A stretch of DNA of 62,767 bases from a virus (taxonomy: Duplodnaviria > Caudoviricetes). Location of the stretch: positions 1 through 62,767 of the IMG/VR virus record IMGVR_UViG_3300025647_000034; one strand, 5' to 3'. The notes below the pieces were generated by a model that saw only the letters and a program-made list of their open reading frames with translations, did no database searches and had not been told where the DNA came from. A program made the position numbers and the translations under genes. This document shows positions 36,401 to 45,361 of the stretch, piece by piece; position 1 is the stretch's first letter; every line of letters starts with the position of its first letter.

Positions 36401-37930
36401 ATGGCAATTTTAAAGCATGTGCATCTTGGCGGAGAAGGCCAGGAGAAGTTAATCAAAGGCATCAACACATTGGCAGATGCCGTGAAGAGCACGCTGGGTC
36501 CAAAGGGCCGTACGGTGCTGATCGAGTCTGAGAACCACACCCATGGCGTGACCATCACAAAAGATGGCGTCACGGTGGCCAAGTCCATTACGCTGTTCGA
36601 CCCTGTCGAGAACATGGCGGTGAACGTGGCACGTGAGGCGTCAGAGAAGACGGCCACACAGGCTGGTGATGGAACCAGTACTAGTATAGTACTGGCTCAA
36701 GCAATAGTCAATGAAGCCAAGAAGCACGCCAAGGACGGCACCGACATGGGAACGCTGGCCAAGGAGATTCAGGTCATTGCAGCGAAGGTCGTTGACTACA
36801 TCAAGGATACGGCCATCCCAGTAACGCCTGAGACGTTGGTTGATGTGGCTACTATTAGTGCCAACGGTGACGCTGAGCTTGGTGCACTGATCGCTGACGC
36901 CTACTCAAAGGTGTCATACGTGACGGTGGCTGACTCAAAGACCCACGAGACCTATGCCGACATCATTGAGGGCATCAAGGTGGACAGACCTGTTGGGTCA
37001 AGATTCTTTATTACAGACCAAAAGAAGAATGAATGCGTGCTTCAGGACCCCTACATCTTGGTCTCTGACCAGAAGATCGAGAACCTATCGTCTTTGGAGC
37101 ACGTGCTGGCGCCAATTGTACAGGGTGGCAAGAGTTTGTTGATCATCTCTGAGATGGGGATGAACGCTTTGAACACTCTGAACGTGAACGCCATGAAGGG
37201 CACGATCAAGGTGTGCCAGGTGTTGCCTCCTGACTTCGGCTACAGACGTAAGGAGCTGATGGAGGACATCGCTGCTATGGTCGGTGCACGACTGGTGAGC
37301 GAGGACACGGGCGATGAGCTGAGCCTGGTTGGTATGGACTGGTTGGGTAAGGCCGACAAAGTCATCAGCGGACAGGAGCAGACCATCATTGTAGGTGGAC
37401 ACGGTGAGGAGAGTGCGATTAAGGTGAAAATTGAATCCCTATCGGGATCCAATGACACGTTCGACAAGCAGCGTGTGGCCAATATGACGGGTGGTATCGG
37501 CATTATTTACGTCGGTGCTGACTCTGAGATCGAGCAGAAGGAGAAGAAGGACCGTGTTGACGACGCTGTGTGTGCTGTTAGAGCCGCCATGGACGAGGGG
37601 ATCCTTGCAGGGGGAGGAGTCGCGTTACATAACGCTACTTCAGTCGTTGTCAAGTCGACCTCAACAGCCTCAAAAATCATGTCCGAGGCGTTAAAAGCGC
37701 CAATGAGGCAGATTTTGAAGAACGCTGGCGACGATTGGTCCTATGTAGAGGGTCAAATGAGCGAGCCAGGGCTCGGTTTCGACGTCAGAGCGCAACGATA
37801 TGGCGATATGATAAAGATGGGTGTCACTGACCCTGCGAAAGTGACTAGAACGGCCCTACAAAACGCTGTGAGCGTAGCTACGACCATTATGGGGACAAAC
37901 GTTATTGTATCTAATGTAAGAGATTTATGA
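36401..37930 (+). CDS. groEL: Phage chaperonin GroEL (Cpn60)
   Basis: TLGPKGR, ITKDGVTVAK, AGDGTST, GILAGGG, DPAKVTRTALQNA. Confidence 0.95.
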   Translation: MAILKHVHLGGEGQEKLIKGINTLADAVKSTLGPKGRTVLIESENHTHGVTITKDGVTVAKSITLFDPVENMAVNVAREASEKTATQAGDGTSTSIVLAQAIVNEAKKHAKDGTDMGTLAKEIQVIAAKVVDYIKDTAIPVTPETLVDVATISANGDAELGALIADAYSKVSYVTVADSKTHETYADIIEGIKVDRPVGSRFFITDQKKNECVLQDPYILVSDQKIENLSSLEHVLAPIVQGGKSLLIISEMGMNALNTLNVNAMKGTIKVCQVLPPDFGYRRKELMEDIAAMVGARLVSEDTGDELSLVGMDWLGKADKVISGQEQTIIVGGHGEESAIKVKIESLSGSNDTFDKQRVANMTGGIGIIYVGADSEIEQKEKKDRVDDAVCAVRAAMDEGILAGGGVALHNATSVVVKSTSTASKIMSEALKAPMRQILKNAGDDWSYVEGQMSEPGLGFDVRAQRYGDMIKMGVTDPAKVTRTALQNAVSVATTIMGTNVIVSNVRDL

Positions 37931-38208
37931 GCAAATTGAGTGGAGTTACGGCCATTGGCCGCTATATCTTGGTCGAAGAGGTCAAGGAGCAGGAGAAGAC
38001 CACGGAGAGTGGGCTGTATTTTGGTGTAAAGGAGAGCAATGAGCTCCGATACAAGAAGGCTACTGTTCTGGCGGTGGGGACTGAGTGCCACCCTTCTTTG
38101 AAGGAAGGCCTTCTTTTGTATGTCGATAAGACCGCCGGCCATCCGATTTTGGTAAACGGTGTCTCTTGTTATGTGATTCGGGAGCAGGACGTAGTTCTTG
38201 TGTGTTGA
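37927..38208 (+). CDS. groES: Co-chaperonin GroES
   Basis: ILVE...TESGL...ATVLAVG...IREQDVV. Confidence 0.85.
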   Translation: MSKLSGVTAIGRYILVEEVKEQEKTTESGLYFGVKESNELRYKKATVLAVGTECHPSLKEGLLLYVDKTAGHPILVNGVSCYVIREQDVVLVC

Positions 38209-38569
38209 TCATACGCTCACGCATTAGGTTGTAGTACTTCACGGAGTACTCACCGCCTTTGAAGCGTGGCATTGACTCTTCGCCGGTCAGTTTACGGTAC
38301 ATATGGGCGACGATGCCCTTAGCATGTTGAGAGAGTGCGTAGCGTGCCTTTGATCGGTATGGTACGTGCTCTTTTACTTTTATGATAAAGCCTTTGTTCA
38401 TGACTTCTTCGAAGATCTTGCGGTCCCAGGACATGATCTCGCCTATGATGTCGAAGTCACCACGTGTGAACCAGTGTTCGGAGTAGAGGAACAGGAGCAT
38501 ATCAAGCTCTGAGTTTTTGAGCTTGTATTCACGGAGTATCCATATACGGACGGGCCTCCAGAATTTCAT
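38060..38569 (-). CDS. Putative winged-helix regulator
   Basis: Lone minus-strand gene with its own promoter TACCTTTG (38607-38614); ELDMLLFLY...KGFI...YALS. Confidence 0.6.
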   Translation of the reverse strand: MKFWRPVRIWILREYKLKNSELDMLLFLYSEHWFTRGDFDIIGEIMSWDRKIFEEVMNKGFIIKVKEHVPYRSKARYALSQHAKGIVAHMYRKLTGEESMPRFKGGEYSVKYYNLMRERMINTQELRPAPESHNKRHRLPKSDGRRSYRHTKEGLPSKKGGTQSPPPEQ

Positions 38570-38678
38570 GAAGTCGTATTGCACTGTATCAAATTTTAAT
38601 TTGATGCAAAGGTACAACACGAGGGCATTGGTCAGACTCATCAAATTTACATTTGACGAGATTACGTATATTTGCTAT

Positions 38679-39620
38679 ATGAAATCTCGCAAACCATCGC
38701 CTAGAAAAAGTGCAGACTATACCATTGGCACATCATATGGGGCCAAGAAAGAAAGTTCTCTTGGCTATATGATGTCAAAGCTTGACAAAATAGAGGCAAA
38801 GCAGGCTAAGCAAAAGGCAAGAGTTGAGACTCGTGCTGCTAAGAGTGCATTTCGTGAGGCAAGCAGAGCGGCAAAGGTTGGTCGAGGTTCTTCTTCTCGG
38901 GGCGGATCTTACACCACAACTCCCGACAACAAATATGTTTATAAGGGTTCTTATAAGACAGCACAAGAGGCCCCTGTGTACTCTAAAGGTGTTCGATTGA
39001 ACCAAGAGCAATCACGCACAACAAAGGTTGAGTATACTAAAAACTTGAGTCCTAAATTGAGAAAGGCAAAGAAGGAGCTTGTTTCTGATGAGCGTTTTGA
39101 TCGTAGCAACTTAGGTGTTACCAAGCAAAGCAAAAAAGTTAGAGGTATAAACGCTAAAGAGGCAGCTGCTCGTACACTTGGCATGACCGGAAAGGCTGAT
39201 CGCCTTAGAAAAAGAGGAACGAGAGTAGAAAATCGCCCTGGAAACGCTGCTATTAGACAAGCAGACAGAGCGTATGCTGCAAGTGGTTTTGTAAAGCAAC
39301 CTGGTTGCGCACAGCAAGGAGATTGTTATGCTGTTGGTGCTAATAAGACTCGTTTTGATAGAAGAGAGAACAGGCAAAAGGCTCGTTCGATTGTAAAATA
39401 TGCAAGAAAAACAAACCAAAGTGGAGCTGGAAAAGTGCTTGAAAGTGCGGCTAGCAAGGTAAGTCGTAAGTTGGGCGCACAGGTAAGAGGCGTTCAAAAT
39501 CAAAAAATCGCCAAAGCTAAGAAAAAATACGGGCCTGCTATGGGCAAATCCAAAGGAACAAGCGCTTTGATAATCGGTCAAGGAAACTTTGGTGCGAAAA
39601 AATCAATGAAAAAACGATGA
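38679..39620 (+). CDS. Highly basic K/R-rich protein
   Basis: Start MKSRKP 4 nt after TATATTTG at 38667. Confidence 0.7.
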   Translation: MKSRKPSPRKSADYTIGTSYGAKKESSLGYMMSKLDKIEAKQAKQKARVETRAAKSAFREASRAAKVGRGSSSRGGSYTTTPDNKYVYKGSYKTAQEAPVYSKGVRLNQEQSRTTKVEYTKNLSPKLRKAKKELVSDERFDRSNLGVTKQSKKVRGINAKEAAARTLGMTGKADRLRKRGTRVENRPGNAAIRQADRAYAASGFVKQPGCAQQGDCYAVGANKTRFDRRENRQKARSIVKYARKTNQSGAGKVLESAASKVSRKLGAQVRGVQNQKIAKAKKKYGPAMGKSKGTSALIIGQGNFGAKKSMKKR

Positions 39621-39775
39621 AAAGTAAAGGCTTAGGCGACACCATCGAGAAGATGACCATCGCAACTGGGATCAAGAAGTTGGCTGAGAAGTACACTCAG
39701 GTCACTGGCAAGGACTGCGGCTGCAACAAGCGCAAGGCTGCACTAAACAAGGCGTTCCCATATGGCAAGGGCTAA
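39617..39775 (+). CDS. Small basic protein (GLGDTIEK...DCGC..RK..LN)
   Basis: ATGA-coupled; read manually. Confidence 0.65.
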   Translation: MKSKGLGDTIEKMTIATGIKKLAEKYTQVTGKDCGCNKRKAALNKAFPYGKG

Positions 39776-39911
39776 GGGTTCGGATGTTGCGTTCAAGGCG
39801 AAGCCTGTCGTACGCAGACCTGGTGTTCATGCCAAGACGAAGATGTCCAAGACCAAGAGTAGTAAGAACTACAAGAAGATGAGCCGTGGACAGGGCTGTG
39901 GTCGGCGGTAA
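39762..39911 (+). CDS. Small basic protein (MARAKG...SRGQG)
   Basis: Open frame read manually. Confidence 0.55.
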   Translation: MARAKGSDVAFKAKPVVRRPGVHAKTKMSKTKSSKNYKKMSRGQGCGRR

Positions 39912-39993
39912 GTCAGACGTCGTCTCTGACGACGCAGTCGTTAGAGTCAGACCTGACAAATAAATATTTGCCAGGAGTACGTATCTTTGCATC

Positions 39994-40260
39994 ATGGCAT
40001 ACCAAAAACTTCAATCGTCTAGAGCTGCGGTAGTTACTCCTAGCGACACTGTCAATATTCCAAGCGTATCCTCACAAGACGGATCTGGCAACAACGGCTG
40101 CGTATTGTACGTAGCTGGTGCCGGCAACCTTCGTGTATTGACTGTCGGTGGGGATGACGTATTGTTCTCCAACATTCAAGGAGGATCATTCTTGCCCGTG
40201 CAGGTCAAGCGTGTATTCTCAACCAACACTACAGCAACAGGAATCGTAGCCCTCTGGTAA
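39994..40260 (+). CDS. Head spike base protein (RcGTA Rcc01079-like)
   Basis: AAVVTPSDT...LYVAGAGNL...LPVQVKRV..TNTTATGIVALW. Confidence 0.8.
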   Translation: MAYQKLQSSRAAVVTPSDTVNIPSVSSQDGSGNNGCVLYVAGAGNLRVLTVGGDDVLFSNIQGGSFLPVQVKRVFSTNTTATGIVALW

Positions 40261-41033
40261 TGTTTATCGGCATTGCAAATATCATTGGTCAACGCTTTGG
40301 TGGTGGTGGCGGTGGTGGCTTTGATGCCGACTATCAGGCCGTTTTAAACTATGCCACAACGCAAGGTTATACCCTACCAAGTGCATCGCAACAAGCGTTG
40401 CAAAATCAGTTAGTTGTTGATTTGAAAGCCGCTGGAGTTTGGTCTAAACTTGACACCTTTGCCGTGTTTGCAACGGACGGAGATAGTGACTTTGCTTTGA
40501 TTGATTGGATAAATTTAAGTCAATACACAGCAGTTAATAGTCCTACGTTTACGACTAATGGAGGCTTTACGGGTAATGGAACGAGCAGTTATGTTAATAC
40601 GAATTATAACGCATCAACAAGTGCTACGAATTATCAGCTAAATAATGCAAGTAGATTTTATTGGGTTGATAATAGAACGGGTACAAATTGGGAAGATAAT
40701 TTATCAGGTCGAGCAATTAGTGGAAATAACAATTCAACATTAATAAGAATTAACTCTCAAACTACTTCATTAAATTCTGCTGTTGATATGAGAAGTGACG
40801 GTTTTAAATCAATAAACAGAACTTCATCGACAAATGTGGAAGTTTTCCAAAATACTACTCAGTATTCGAGAACAGCAACTTCAGTTGATATTGATGGGGG
40901 GACTCAAGTTTTTTTAAGGGCAGTAACTGGTTATAATGCGTCCAGATTTAGATTCTATGGAATGGGGGCTTCTATTGTTTCTGAAAATACCGATTTTTAT
41001 AACGCTTTAAACACTTACATAACTTCATTATGA
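40260..41033 (+). CDS. Putative head fibre with lectin-like domain
   Basis: MFIGIANII anchor, poly-Gly hinge, beta-rich domain; follows the spike base gene. Confidence 0.65.
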   Translation: MFIGIANIIGQRFGGGGGGGFDADYQAVLNYATTQGYTLPSASQQALQNQLVVDLKAAGVWSKLDTFAVFATDGDSDFALIDWINLSQYTAVNSPTFTTNGGFTGNGTSSYVNTNYNASTSATNYQLNNASRFYWVDNRTGTNWEDNLSGRAISGNNNSTLIRINSQTTSLNSAVDMRSDGFKSINRTSSTNVEVFQNTTQYSRTATSVDIDGGTQVFLRAVTGYNASRFRFYGMGASIVSENTDFYNALNTYITSL

Positions 41034-41242
41034 TAGTACTACATCCCAACACCGAACAATACAACGCTTTAAATGGCTACAAATACAAGTCAAGCGAATT
41101 GCTATTTGTAAAAGACGGAAGTGATAGATGGATAGTGGGACTTCAAGTTTTAGACGATGTCAACTTTTTAGAAATACACGACCAACTTGAGCAACTTGAA
41201 AGAATAGAATACACACCTTTCCCACCCGAACCAGATGCCTAA
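41030..41242 (+). CDS. Hypothetical protein
   Basis: Coupled to the fibre gene. Confidence 0.6.
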   Translation: MIVLHPNTEQYNALNGYKYKSSELLFVKDGSDRWIVGLQVLDDVNFLEIHDQLEQLERIEYTPFPPEPDA

Positions 41243-41576
41243 AGACGCTTGCTATAGTAAGGTAAAGAGCCAGTACAAGGTGTTCCCTAGTGCAAGGGCC
41301 TCTCAGGCTATTGCCAAGTGCCGGAAGGCCAGCGGCAATGTCAAGAAGACCGAGAAAGGTACAGCATTGAAGCGTTGGGGTGCTGAGAAGTGGGTCGATA
41401 CCAAGAGTGGTAAGGCCTGCGGTGCAGGAGGCAAGAACGAGTACTGCCGTCCAACCAAGCGTGTAAGCTCAAAGACTCCAGTGACGAAGGGAGAGATGTC
41501 TGCGTCAAAGCTTCGTGCCAAGAAGGCTGAGAAGAGCCGTGTAGGCATGGGCAAGCGTGTAAAGCCTGTTAAGTAA
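41235..41576 (+). CDS. Basic hypothetical protein
   Basis: K/R-rich with several Cys. Confidence 0.65.
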   Translation: MPKDACYSKVKSQYKVFPSARASQAIAKCRKASGNVKKTEKGTALKRWGAEKWVDTKSGKACGAGGKNEYCRPTKRVSSKTPVTKGEMSASKLRAKKAEKSRVGMGKRVKPVK

Positions 41577-41830
41577 TGCCGAAGAACAAGATCATAGGAA
41601 AGAACAAACGCCTAGGGTCTACCAAGGCCACGGGCCGTGACTACTCCAAGGAGAAGGAGTACCAGTCCTCTCCCGCTCGCAAGAAGTATCGGGCGCTTCT
41701 CAATAAGGCCAACCGAAAGGCTAAAACATACGGAAATGGCGACAATATGGACATGAGCCATACCAAGAGCGGTAAGCTAGTCAAAGAGTTACAGAGCAAA
41801 AACAGAGCTCGTAACAGAGGAAAGAAGTAA
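41576..41830 (+). CDS. Basic protein with degenerate HNH-like motif
   Basis: GDNMDMSH...KNRARN. Confidence 0.6.
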   Translation: MPKNKIIGKNKRLGSTKATGRDYSKEKEYQSSPARKKYRALLNKANRKAKTYGNGDNMDMSHTKSGKLVKELQSKNRARNRGKK

Positions 41831-41889
41831 GACTTACAGATGCAAAAGGTGGCTCCAAAAATAAATTCTTGGAGCCTTATCTTTGTAAG

Positions 41890-42150
41890 GTGAAACTACC
41901 TGTATCATTTTCCGAATTCTCTAAGGACCCATCCAAGGCGGTCACGTATTTGATGATTTTTGCTGTTATATTTTTGTATGTACGTATGGAGAACCAAGAC
42001 AAGCAGGTGAACAATGGTTGCGAGGATCGCCTGACCCGTTGCGAGCAAAAGCTGGACCAATTCTCTAGCATGCTCAAGACGCAGGACTCTATCTCCTCTG
42101 CTCTCCGTGCTGAACTGACCACATACCAAAAACTAGGCATCATCAAATAA
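41890..42150 (+). CDS. Membrane protein with coiled coil (lysis cluster)
   Basis: GTG start 4 nt after TATCTTTG at 41878; TM helix. Confidence 0.6.
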   Translation: MKLPVSFSEFSKDPSKAVTYLMIFAVIFLYVRMENQDKQVNNGCEDRLTRCEQKLDQFSSMLKTQDSISSALRAELTTYQKLGIIK

Positions 42151-42503
42151 TGAAACACATCATCCTATTGTCTACGCTTGTACTGGCCTCCACGCCAAAA
42201 GCGCCACAACTCTCTTCTACGGATCCATACAAGAAGTACGACATGCAGCTTGACCACGCTCAGGCCAGCATCGCAATGACCAAGGCCGCCATTGAGGAGG
42301 CAAAGGTCATGAACGAAGAAATGATCGAGAAGACCGTTGCTAAGATGGACAGCATCAAACAAGAGGCCGAGCAGGTCAAGGAGAAGGTAGAGCTGATGAT
42401 GGTGGTACTTGAGACCAACAACATTGAAGTTCCAAAGAATCGTGAAGAGTGGTTTGAGGACTCTGTCCGCACCGCCAACATGATTGAAATAAATAAAAAA
42501 TGA
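42150..42503 (+). CDS. Secreted coiled-coil protein
   Basis: Signal-like N-terminus. Confidence 0.6.
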   Translation: MKHIILLSTLVLASTPKAPQLSSTDPYKKYDMQLDHAQASIAMTKAAIEEAKVMNEEMIEKTVAKMDSIKQEAEQVKEKVELMMVVLETNNIEVPKNREEWFEDSVRTANMIEINKK

Positions 42504-42724
42504 AAACATTCATCAAACAAATGTTCTCCTCCAAAGACGGAGACATCTCCCACAAGCGTATCCTAGGAAGCATCGGCTTCTTGGCGTTGGTATTCACTAT
42601 GATCGCCAACTCTTTTTCTCCTGTAGAAGTAGCACCTAGCCCTGAACTGGTTAGCGCAGTTGAATACTTGGTTATGTCAACTGTCTTCGGTTCCGTGCTT
42701 GAAAAGTTCGCAAAGAATGCCTGA
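42500..42724 (+). CDS. Putative holin
   Basis: 74 aa with two TM segments. Confidence 0.6.
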   Translation: MKTFIKQMFSSKDGDISHKRILGSIGFLALVFTMIANSFSPVEVAPSPELVSAVEYLVMSTVFGSVLEKFAKNA

Positions 42725-43007
42725 TAAGAGCAAAATGAAGTGCAACGTCCCACGGCCTAGCACACGGCCTGGGAAGAAGATGATGGTCAAGGCTTGCTCT
42801 GGCGGGCAAGAGAAGATCGTCCACTTCGGTGCCAAAGGATACGGACACAACTATAGTGCTGCTGCTCGTAAGAGTTTCAAGGCACGTCACAAGTGTTCAA
42901 GTGCAACAGACAAGTTAACTCCACGCTATTGGGCCTGCAAGAAGTTGTGGGCTGGTCCCGGAGGATCAACCAAGAGTAGTCCAAAAACACGTAAAGGAAA
43001 ATACTGA
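42717..43007 (+). CDS. Basic hypothetical protein
   Basis: KIVHFG..G...RKSFKARHKC...YWAC..LW. Confidence 0.65.
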   Translation: MPDKSKMKCNVPRPSTRPGKKMMVKACSGGQEKIVHFGAKGYGHNYSAAARKSFKARHKCSSATDKLTPRYWACKKLWAGPGGSTKSSPKTRKGKY

Positions 43008-43072
43008 TATGAAATACGGAAAACCATGCACTACTAAGGTGCAATCTGCTGTTAAGAAACCAAAGAAGTAAG

Positions 43073-43492
43073 ATGCGGCTACTCAAGTCTATTCTAATCG
43101 CATTGCTTCTTACCTCATGCTCTGCCAACTGGCACATGAAGCGTGCAGTACAGAAGGAGCCGAGTATATTGACAGAGCGAGTAATCTTTGATACTATTGT
43201 TATCAAGGAGGAGAAAATCCTGCATGATACATTTCATACAACAGAGTATGATACGATTACCATGGAGGACTCGTTTGTATATACCCAAGTGATACGTGAA
43301 AAGGATATCATAAAAGTATATACCAAGTGCAAGGCTGATACGGTACGCATTACAAAGACTCTTCCTCCTCAGGTCAACTACATCGAGAAGAAGAACGACT
43401 GGAAGAAGAGCCTTGATTGGCTTCTTATCATCTTCGGTTTGTTAGCCTTGACAAATTTGCTTAAATTTGTAGGCAAATGGATAAAGAATTAG
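43073..43492 (+). CDS. Putative unimolecular spanin
   Basis: Lipobox LLTSC, beta-rich middle, C-terminal TM helix. Confidence 0.65.
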   Translation: MRLLKSILIALLLTSCSANWHMKRAVQKEPSILTERVIFDTIVIKEEKILHDTFHTTEYDTITMEDSFVYTQVIREKDIIKVYTKCKADTVRITKTLPPQVNYIEKKNDWKKSLDWLLIIFGLLALTNLLKFVGKWIKN

Positions 43493-43698
43493 AATCAAGT
43501 GAGTTTGAGCAGCTCAAAGTGCTCGTAGACAAACGACACAACTTGGAGCGAGACATCGCACAGGTTGAGTTGCACAGACTAAAAAAGACAATCGAATACG
43601 AAGCTGTCATGGAAGAGTTAGGAACGTTTCAAGCAAACCTCCACTCCAAGTACGGTGACGTAAAGATTGACATGAAAACAGGACACATAAATGACTAA
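43477..43698 (+). CDS. Hypothetical coiled-coil protein
   Basis: Promoter TAAATTTG at 43462. Confidence 0.6.
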   Translation: MDKELESSEFEQLKVLVDKRHNLERDIAQVELHRLKKTIEYEAVMEELGTFQANLHSKYGDVKIDMKTGHIND

Positions 43699-44296
43699 GA
43701 TCTCCTCATACGCTGCCGTCACTCCCACAGGGACTGACCTTCTCATTGGAACCGATACCAGTGCATCTGACGCTACCAAGAACTTTACGGTATCATCGTT
43801 GGCAACTTTCATTGGTGGCCAAATGACTGCCACTCAAGTATTGAACGCTTCTAGCACAGTTGCTCAAAACCCAAGTGGACTAGACACCGCTCTTCAGGTT
43901 TCTTTTGGCGCAGCGCAAGGCACAGCGTCTGATCCTGTCATGATTGACGCAGCTGGAACTGTAACCTTCAATGAGACCGGGTTGTACTTGGTGAATGGCA
44001 TGGGCAACATTCATCGCACAGGTCCAAGCGGAATCGCTTTGTTGCTGTTCCGTGGCTTGGTGAATGGATCACAGGCTGGAATCATCAAAGGATTTGAGTT
44101 GGATACTGCAGATGTAATGATGCCGTATGAGATTACTATTCCTTTCTCTGTTTCTGTTGCTGGAACTACGTTTGCTTTCCAAATCATGCGTGACAGCTCT
44201 GGTGCTGATGATGGAGGATTGATCCCTCAAGTCACCGCCGGTCCTTGGGATGATATCCCATCTGCTAATATGCAGATTTGGAAGATAGGAGGATAA
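43691..44296 (+). CDS. Putative virion fibre/decoration protein
   Basis: MTKISSY..DLLIGTD..TKNFTV anchor plus beta-sandwich-like C-terminus. Confidence 0.6.
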   Translation: MTKISSYAAVTPTGTDLLIGTDTSASDATKNFTVSSLATFIGGQMTATQVLNASSTVAQNPSGLDTALQVSFGAAQGTASDPVMIDAAGTVTFNETGLYLVNGMGNIHRTGPSGIALLLFRGLVNGSQAGIIKGFELDTADVMMPYEITIPFSVSVAGTTFAFQIMRDSSGADDGGLIPQVTAGPWDDIPSANMQIWKIGG

Positions 44297-44297
44297 T

Positions 44298-44516
44298 ATG
44301 GACATCCGCAAAATTTCAATCGGATCTGACTACAAAAACGCTATGAACTACGTAAAGGGCCAATCGGTCCTTTCGGGTTCGTATACGATCAACCACATTC
44401 GTAGGACTACAGACGGAGAGTTCCAGGTGTGGATTGAAAAAGATAAAGAGGTTTTCTTATGGAAATCGTTCACGGTCAACATGCCGTGCTCAGTTGAATA
44501 CAATATCGAATTTTAA
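44298..44516 (+). CDS. Hypothetical protein
   Basis: ORF in the operon. Confidence 0.65.
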   Translation: MDIRKISIGSDYKNAMNYVKGQSVLSGSYTINHIRRTTDGEFQVWIEKDKEVFLWKSFTVNMPCSVEYNIEF

Positions 44517-44519
44517 TAT

Positions 44520-45095
44520 ATGCAATCGCTCTACTATTTTGTGGTAGAGCCTGTTGATGGGAAAAGGTACACTAATACCAGAAGCTACGGAGACAAAGAG
44601 TTCATTATTAGCACCTCGCAAGAGGACCACACCGTTACGAACAGGCTCGCAGAGGTCGTCAATGTCCCCTTTGGATATGGCGGCCCTATCGCTATTGGTG
44701 ATCACGTCATTGTTCACCATAATGTTTTTCGCAAGATGTTTGATATGAGGGGGAAGGAAATCGACTCCTACTCATTCATCCGTGAAAATCTATACTACCT
44801 TGACGACATGCAGCTGTACGCCTACAAACATCCAGGCGAGGACTGGGAGCCTGTAGGCCGTTACTGCTTCGTAGAGCCAATAAAAGAAGAGAAAGATACC
44901 ATCATAGCCAAGAAGGGTGCGAACGTCGCTCTATGGGGCTCTATGGTGTATCCTAACGATAGATTGCGTGAGCTTGGCGTCTCACGTGGAGATGTTATAT
45001 CCTTTCAGCCTGACTCTGAGTATGAGTTCAGAATTGACGATAGGATTTTGTATAGAATGTATGACTCAAACATATGTCTCAAACAAGGAAGCTAA
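44520..45095 (+). CDS. Tandem GroES-like protein
   Basis: Two repeats of FVEP...(V/G)...GD.V(I/V) GroES-fold pattern. Confidence 0.6.
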   Translation: MQSLYYFVVEPVDGKRYTNTRSYGDKEFIISTSQEDHTVTNRLAEVVNVPFGYGGPIAIGDHVIVHHNVFRKMFDMRGKEIDSYSFIRENLYYLDDMQLYAYKHPGEDWEPVGRYCFVEPIKEEKDTIIAKKGANVALWGSMVYPNDRLRELGVSRGDVISFQPDSEYEFRIDDRILYRMYDSNICLKQGS

Positions 45096-45361
45096 AGGAA
45101 GAGATCATAACGGCTGGCGAGCACGCTGTCAAGGAGCTAATCAAAGTGGCTAAAGAACCCATCGTAACAGGCGACATTGAGAGCGACCTGTCGGCTGACA
45201 GGCTCAAGAACGCTGCTGCCGCCAAGAGGCTGGCCATCATGGACGCATTTGACATTCTGCGTAGAATAGACGAGGAGCGGAACCTCCTCACGGCAGAAGA
45301 TTCTGTCGTGTCCGAGTCAATCACATCAACCAAGGGCTTTGCGGAAAGACGTAGCAAGTGA
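45074..45361 (+). CDS. Putative terminase small subunit
   Basis: Small helical gene coupled to the large terminase. Confidence 0.5.
   Translation: MSQTRKLKEEIITAGEHAVKELIKVAKEPIVTGDIESDLSADRLKNAAAAKRLAIMDAFDILRRIDEERNLLTAEDSVVSESITSTKGFAERRSK

Noticed and set aside
39912-39957. Overlapping inverted repeats (CTCTGACGAC/GTCGTTAGAG)
   Set aside because: Single simple hairpin with no recognisable ribozyme or riboswitch core
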